Assembly: GCF_963922945.1 (NCBI RefSeq)
Contig: NZ_CAWUKC010000010.1
Location: forward strand, 9,308-73,307
Source of the DNA: an uncultured Pseudoalteromonas sp.
GTDB taxonomy: Bacteria > Pseudomonadota > Gammaproteobacteria > Enterobacterales > Alteromonadaceae
Length of the DNA stretch: 64,000 nt
Reading direction: 5' to 3'
How positions within the stretch are numbered: position 1 is the stretch's first letter; the number at the start of each line of letters is the position of its first letter. A program made the translations under genes and the position numbers. Positions 59,283-64,000 of this stretch are shown here, in pieces. The notes beneath the pieces were generated by a model. The model was not told the DNA's origin. It did not search any database and saw only the letters and a program-made list of their open reading frames with translations.

Positions 59283-59960
59283 TTAGCTTTTAGGATAATT
59301 AGAAGGGAAAAACGCGCGTTTTGCCTCTTCATCAAACTCTTTTTTAAAGGCGACATCAGTGCCAATTTTGCGCGCACGTGCAACCGCCGGGCGGCTATCA
59401 ACGCTTTCAAACCAACGCTTTAAATTAGGGTATGGCGCTAAACCTTCTTCACCAAGCACTACAGCAGCTTTATCAATCCAACCCCAAGCAGATACATCAG
59501 CAATGGTGTATTCATCGCCCACTATAAAGTCGCGACCTTCAAGGTGTGTATCAAGCACTTCGTAGTGGCGTTGTGCTTCACGTAAATAGCGATTAACGGC
59601 ATAATCAAGCCCTTGTGGCGCCATATGTCTAAAGTGCACACTTTGCCCTGAGTATGGCCCAAGGCCCGATGCAATAAACATTAACCACGAGAGCATTTCG
59701 GCGCGATCTTCCACTTTACCCGCTAACTTACCGTGCTTTTCACTTAGGTACATTAAAATAGCGTTCGAATCAAACACACGGGCTTCCCCATCAACAATAG
59801 CAGGGGCTTTTGCATTAGGATTTATGGCTTTAAATTCGGGTGTGTGCTGCTCACCTTTTAAGGTATCAAGTGGCACAAGCTCAAACGGTAACCCTGTTTC
59901 TTCTAAAAACAATGCAACCTTCATTGGGTTAGGTGTGTGGTGAAAATAAAATTTGATCAT
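59283..59960 (-). CDS. Glutathione S-transferase
   Basis: 225 aa with an N-terminal thioredoxin-like GST domain (IKFYFHHTPNPMKVALFLEETGLPFELVPLD...INPNAKAPAIVD...VFDSNAILMYL) and a helical C-terminal domain. Confidence 0.9.
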   Translation of the reverse strand: MIKFYFHHTPNPMKVALFLEETGLPFELVPLDTLKGEQHTPEFKAINPNAKAPAIVDGEARVFDSNAILMYLSEKHGKLAGKVEDRAEMLSWLMFIASGLGPYSGQSVHFRHMAPQGLDYAVNRYLREAQRHYEVLDTHLEGRDFIVGDEYTIADVSAWGWIDKAAVVLGEEGLAPYPNLKRWFESVDSRPAVARARKIGTDVAFKKEFDEEAKRAFFPSNYPKS

Positions 59961-60258
59961 AAAACGCTCCTAAAAGTAGTAGCTACAATTAAACCACAAC
60001 TTGAGCGGTTGCTCAATAATTTACTTTCAAAGTGAATAACGACTAGCAGAGCCCTCATCTTACTTTACTAAGCTTGCTCATTCGAAAAGTGTCTGAAAAT
60101 TACATTTTTTAAATTAAGGAAATAAATACAAACCATTAATAACATTGCGTTTACAAGTTTTTTTGTTTATAAAGGCGTTTAGAATGGATTCTTAAACTTT
60201 TTTATAGAGCTCCTTTCTAAATTACTTCTGCATTTATTTAAACGGATATAAAAAACTT

Positions 60259-60939
60259 ATGCGCATTAGCAATAAACACATTAAAACAATAATAATTTCT
60301 GCATTAACTGCATCTATATTATCTGGCTGTGCTACTACATCGTCAAAAGTAGTTGAAACGCCAACGGTAGCAAGCTACAACACCACTTACTCTGGCACAA
60401 AAAGTAAATTAGTCGTAGGCCAATTTGTAAATCGCTCTAGCTTTCAGAACGGCATATTTTCTTCAGGACAAGACCGTTTAGGTAGCCAAGCTAAAACTAC
60501 ATTAATGAGCCATTTACAACAAACAAATCGATTTAGTGTTCTAGACCGCGACAATATGGCAGCCCTAGCAGAAGAAGCAAAGTTAACAGGTACAAAACAG
60601 GTTCTGAGTGGCGCTAAATTTGTAGTAACAGGCGATGTAACAGAGTTTGGCCGAAAAGCCATTGGCGATCGCCAACTGTTTGGTTTACTAGGTAAAGGTA
60701 AATCACAAATTGCGTATGCAAAAGTAACTTTAAATATTGTTGATGTAACAACTTCAGAGGTTATTTACTCTGTTCAAGGCGCTGGCGAATACAGCTTGTC
60801 GGAACGTGAAGTTATTGGCTTTGGTAGTACAGCATCATACGATGCAACCTTAAACGGAAAAGTACTCGATTTAGCGATTCGTGAAGTAGTTAATAAGCTT
60901 GTTAGTGGTTTAGAGTCTGGCCAATGGGGTGATAAATAA
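60259..60939 (+). CDS. CsgG-family (curli secretion channel-like) lipoprotein
   Basis: The lipobox reads ILSGCAT. The pattern VGQF.N.S...G......LG.....L...L...NRF.VLDR is typical of the CsgG/HfaB family. Confidence 0.7.
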   Translation: MRISNKHIKTIIISALTASILSGCATTSSKVVETPTVASYNTTYSGTKSKLVVGQFVNRSSFQNGIFSSGQDRLGSQAKTTLMSHLQQTNRFSVLDRDNMAALAEEAKLTGTKQVLSGAKFVVTGDVTEFGRKAIGDRQLFGLLGKGKSQIAYAKVTLNIVDVTTSEVIYSVQGAGEYSLSEREVIGFGSTASYDATLNGKVLDLAIREVVNKLVSGLESGQWGDK

Positions 60940-61286
60940 TGAAAAAGTTATTACCACTCGTTGTCGTTTGTGCTGCGCTTGTAGGTTGTAATTCGACTAA
61001 AGAGCCGATTTACTATTATGGCGATTATAGCACTGCTGTTTATGCCTATTTAAAAGCGGATGAAGTAACCGCTGAAGAACAAATTACCATGCTTGAGCAA
61101 ATTATTAGCGAAGCCGCTGGTAAAAACAAGCCTGTTGCGCCAGGGCTGCATGCTCACTTAGGTATGCTCTATTTTGAAACAGGTAATCCTTCATTAGGTA
61201 CAAGTCACTTTGAAACAGAAAAAACACTTTTTCCTGAGTCTGTGCAATACATAGACTTTCTATTAAAATCAGCGAAAGGTGCTTAA
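60939..61286 (+). CDS. DUF4810-family small lipoprotein
   Basis: The lipobox reads ALVGCNS. At 115 aa, YYYGDYSTAVYAYLK...GLHAHLGMLY matches my memory of DUF4810. The start overlaps the CsgG-like stop (TAATG). Confidence 0.6.
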   Translation: MKKLLPLVVVCAALVGCNSTKEPIYYYGDYSTAVYAYLKADEVTAEEQITMLEQIISEAAGKNKPVAPGLHAHLGMLYFETGNPSLGTSHFETEKTLFPESVQYIDFLLKSAKGA

Positions 61287-61287
61287 C

Positions 61288-61965
61288 ATGTTCAACTTAA
61301 AAACACTTACAACAGCAGCATTACTAGCACTACTTGCAGGTTGTGTATCGCCCCCACCAGCACACGATTACACTGCATTTAAACAAGCAGACCCTCATTC
61401 AGTAATTATTTTGCCACCATTAAATAATACACCTGAAGTTATAGCGCCATACAGTGTTATGACACAAATGGTTGCCCCTATAGCTGAGTCTGGTTTTTAT
61501 GTTTTCCCTGTAGCGCTTGTTGAGCAAACGTTTAAAGGTAACGGCCTTACAGTGGCAAGTGATGTACACCAAGTACCCGTTGAAAAACTGCATAATATTT
61601 TTGGTGCCGATACAGCCCTTTACATTACCATCGAAGAATACGGTACGAGCTATGTTGTAATATCGAGCGAAACAGCAGTAACGGTTTCAGCATCCTTAGT
61701 AGATTTACGTTCCGGTGAAAAACTATGGCAAGGTAAAGCAAGAGCTTCATCAGCAGAGCAGCAAAATAACAGCGGTGGCGGATTAGTTGGTATGCTAGTA
61801 GTTGCGGCTATTAATCAAATTGCAGAAACGGTGACCGATAAAGGGTTTGAAATTGCAGCAATTACTTCAACTCGTTTACTATCGTCTGATACTTACAATG
61901 GCCTGCTTTACGGACCTCGCTCACCAAATTACGGTAAGCCAGCACCAAGTGAAAAACAAAAATAA
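61288..61965 (+). CDS. DUF799 (GNA1162-like) lipoprotein
   Basis: The lipobox reads LLAGCVS. The sequence VIILPPLNNTPEVIAPYSVMTQMVAPIAESGFYVFPVALVEQTFKGNGL is typical of DUF799. The ATG at 61288 is 1 nt after the DUF4810 stop. Confidence 0.65.
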   Translation: MFNLKTLTTAALLALLAGCVSPPPAHDYTAFKQADPHSVIILPPLNNTPEVIAPYSVMTQMVAPIAESGFYVFPVALVEQTFKGNGLTVASDVHQVPVEKLHNIFGADTALYITIEEYGTSYVVISSETAVTVSASLVDLRSGEKLWQGKARASSAEQQNNSGGGLVGMLVVAAINQIAETVTDKGFEIAAITSTRLLSSDTYNGLLYGPRSPNYGKPAPSEKQK

Positions 61966-61990
61966 CGAGTACCGTTATTAAGCAAAAATC

Positions 61991-62025
61991 AAAAAGGCCA
62001 AACTAAATATAAGTTTGGCCTTTTT
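61991..62025. terminator. Bidirectional terminator between the DUF799 and acpH genes
   Basis: AAAA-AGGCCAAACT-aaatata-AGTTTGGCCT-TTTT. Confidence 0.85.
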
Positions 62026-62614
62026 AATATGACCTTTCTAAGGCATGTTCGTTAACATGCTCAATCAACTTAGGAAAAAACGCTAAAAAAATAGCCTCTA
62101 ACTCATGGTAGTTTTGCGTTATATCCTCAGCAGTACCAGCAAAGTTATTAGTAAAGCGAATACGTTTGGCTATGTTATCAAGCGCAAGCCCTACCCCTTC
62201 TATCGTTTCGTACTCTTTAAACCAATCGTTTTTAGTCATGCTGGTTACAACATGCTGCATGCGCGGTGGCATAACCGCTATGCGATCATTTAAAAGTGCG
62301 TAGCTGCTGCGTTTAAAATCATTTAAAGGAAGTTTGTTAAAGTGTTGCCAATGCCTAATTAAAAAATGATCAAACAGCACGTCAATCGCTACGCCTGCAA
62401 AGCGTTTTCGCTCGGGCGAAAAGTACTGTTTGGCTTCTTTTACTAAAGGGTGTGAGTCGGTAAACTTATCAACTAAGTAGTGATTTTCTAGTGCGTTTTT
62501 AACGCTACTTGGCAGGTGCTGTGCATACCTGCGGCCGCCAAAATCACCCAGTAAATTTCCAAAGTGCGAATCGGCTGTAGGCTTTGCTAAATAAAGGTGA
62601 GCTAAGTAATTCAA
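62024..62614 (-). CDS. acpH: Acyl carrier protein phosphodiesterase
   Basis: 196 aa. The N-terminal MNYLAHLYLA...FGNLLGDF signature matches AcpH. Confidence 0.8.
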   Translation of the reverse strand: MNYLAHLYLAKPTADSHFGNLLGDFGGRRYAQHLPSSVKNALENHYLVDKFTDSHPLVKEAKQYFSPERKRFAGVAIDVLFDHFLIRHWQHFNKLPLNDFKRSSYALLNDRIAVMPPRMQHVVTSMTKNDWFKEYETIEGVGLALDNIAKRIRFTNNFAGTAEDITQNYHELEAIFLAFFPKLIEHVNEHALERSY

Positions 62615-62711
62615 AGTGTTCTCAGTTTATTGTGCTTTTTAAATAGTAACTTAGGGATCTAACCTATACTATGCTTAGTATAAGTTTTATTTAATTATAA
62701 AGTTGATAAGC

Positions 62712-63188
62712 ATGGAAAATATATTCCAAACTAGCCGTTTTTTAGTTGTGATTGCGGTTATTACCGCAGCAATATCATCACTTCTTGTTTATGTTTCGTG
62801 CATTAATATTGTTTTTAATAGTGTGGCTTCAACCATACTCAATTTGCCCGATTCAGCAAAAGCCGGTAAAGCCCTAATCGTTGAACTACTTAAAATCCTC
62901 GATTTACTCTTAATTGGTATTACTTTACAAGTTATAGCCATTAGCTTATATCGCCTGTTTGTATCACCCATCAAATCAAAAGAAAGTAAATTTTTAGCCG
63001 CTTTTAATATTAAAGATTTTCATGATTTAAAAATAACCCTAGTACAAGTAACTTCTGTGGTACTCGTTATACTATTTTTGGAGCATGCAGTAGAATTTGG
63101 CGGCACAATAGAAACTCTTTATCTAGGAATAGCCATTGCCATTGTTATTGCTGCCTCTACATTTGCATGGCGCTCAATGAAAGACTAA
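62712..63188 (+). CDS. YqhA/UPF0114-like small membrane protein
   Basis: About 158 aa with 3-4 TM helices and a layout similar to YqhA. The start is taken as the ATG at 62712. Confidence 0.45.
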   Translation: MENIFQTSRFLVVIAVITAAISSLLVYVSCINIVFNSVASTILNLPDSAKAGKALIVELLKILDLLLIGITLQVIAISLYRLFVSPIKSKESKFLAAFNIKDFHDLKITLVQVTSVVLVILFLEHAVEFGGTIETLYLGIAIAIVIAASTFAWRSMKD

Positions 63189-63375
63189 TTACACAATATT
63201 GAACATGTTTAGTACGTTTGCCAAATTCACCCTGTACAAACCATTTTAGTACGTTTTGTACTTGTTTAATTTAGGCTTTATTACCTTTGGGTATGTAACT
63301 TGCTGATACTCATATTCTTACTTTAAAAGTTAAACGTAAATAACGCTTATTGATATCTATTAAAAGGAGGACATT

Positions 63376-63621
63376 ATGAGTAATAAACAACTAATTACGA
63401 CGATAGGTGTAGGTTTAGCAGCGGCTTCTGCCGGTATGCTAACAAGGAAAACTTTACAAAAATCGTGGGAAAAGGTTACCAACGAGCCCGCCCCAAAAGA
63501 CAAGCCAAGCGAGCATACAGATCTTAAAGAAGCCGTTACATGGGCGGTGGTATCTGGCATTGGTGCAGGCGTGGCAAGAATGGCCGTACATTACGTACTA
63601 GACAAGCGCAAGTCAAAGTGA
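63376..63621 (+). CDS. DUF4235-like small membrane protein
   Basis: 81 aa with a strong AAAGGAGG Shine-Dalgarno. It has two short hydrophobic helices flanking a charged loop (W..V...P...P......A..WA..SG...G..R). Confidence 0.5.
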   Translation: MSNKQLITTIGVGLAAASAGMLTRKTLQKSWEKVTNEPAPKDKPSEHTDLKEAVTWAVVSGIGAGVARMAVHYVLDKRKSK

Positions 63622-63689
63622 GTCAACATTTAGCCTAGTGCATTTAAAACACACTAGGCACTGCAATTCAATATAACATGCAAACATAG

Positions 63690-64000
63690 CTACTTAGACC
63701 AAGTTATTTCGGCTAATTGATTGGTCGCTGTTTGATGAATAATGAGGCCGTTATTACCCATACGCATGTGCCTAATTAGGCCAGAGTAAACGCCTTCTTT
63801 ACTCGGAATTTGCCAGCTTTGCATGGTTTGAGTTTTTAAATCAAACCTAACTAGTGTTTCGGGGCGCTTGGCCGACTCATTAAACCAAATAGCATTATCG
63901 GCATATTCAATGGCATACGGGTGGCTGTTTGCGCCGCTGGGATTATCCCACTGCGTTATTTTACCTTTTTTGGGGTTATAGCGGCCCAATTTCCCCATGC
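63690..64000 (-). CDS. C-terminal part of a beta-propeller repeat protein (Vgb/streptogramin-lyase-like or SMP-30-like); the gene probably continues beyond the right edge
   Basis: The frame is open to the window end. The repeats (YAIEYADNAIWFNES..., LVRFDLKTQT, GLIIHQ) resemble Vgb-type propeller blades. Confidence 0.4.
   Translation of the reverse strand, partial: MGKLGRYNPKKGKITQWDNPSGANSHPYAIEYADNAIWFNESAKRPETLVRFDLKTQTMQSWQIPSKEGVYSGLIRHMRMGNNGLIIHQTATNQLAEITWSK

Noticed and set aside
59763-59771. GTTCGAATC, reminiscent of a tRNA T-arm
   Set aside because: It is inside the GST coding sequence. No acceptor, D or anticodon stem can be built around it. I saw no tRNA-like structures anywhere in the window.

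Overview
The window is a dense, AT-rich chromosomal segment from a marine gammaproteobacterium, most likely Pseudoalteromonas. That guess rests on the LacZ N-terminus ([16 protein letters not shown]...[25 protein letters not shown]), which matches my memory of the cold-active P. haloplanktis beta-galactosidase; I could not verify it. I support about 58 protein-coding genes on both strands, and many of them end in clear rho-independent terminators. I found no rRNA, tRNA, CRISPR array, transposase, integrase or phage gene, so this does not look like a mobile island.

Recognisable content:
- The tail of a CzcC-type heavy-metal efflux operon with a His-rich secreted protein.
- A divergent ArsR / ArsP-like permease pair.
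- AraC-lacZ.
- A frame-broken 7TM-DISM GGDEF sensor.
- A 4xFAS1 lipoprotein.
- A sterol-desaturase/SRPBCC/AraC cluster.
- A PL7 alginate lyase and a PrpE-like acyl-CoA synthetase.
- A five-gene RND efflux plus two-component operon.
- A lipoprotein / TonB-dependent receptor / di-haem peroxidase operon.
- PagL, MATE and LysR genes, then KefG/KefB.
- A YHYH protein, KatE, MscS, Dps and a PhoX-like (DUF839) protein.
- A Ser-variant C15 peptidase-like protein and a GST.
- A CsgG-like/DUF4810/DUF799 lipoprotein trio, then AcpH.

The signal I rate highest is non-coding. The ~240 nt between the dps stop and a strong terminator (56243-56485) carries eight A(A/C)GGA(T) motifs, several of them in hairpin loops. 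That is the architecture of a CsrA/RsmA-sequestering sRNA or a sponge-like dps 3'UTR.

Second is the translationally coupled giant-lipoprotein / TBDT / di-haem peroxidase operon (31928-38427), whose substrate is unknown.

All family assignments come from reading motifs by eye. No BLAST, HMM or covariance-model search was possible, so family names are hypotheses to be confirmed.
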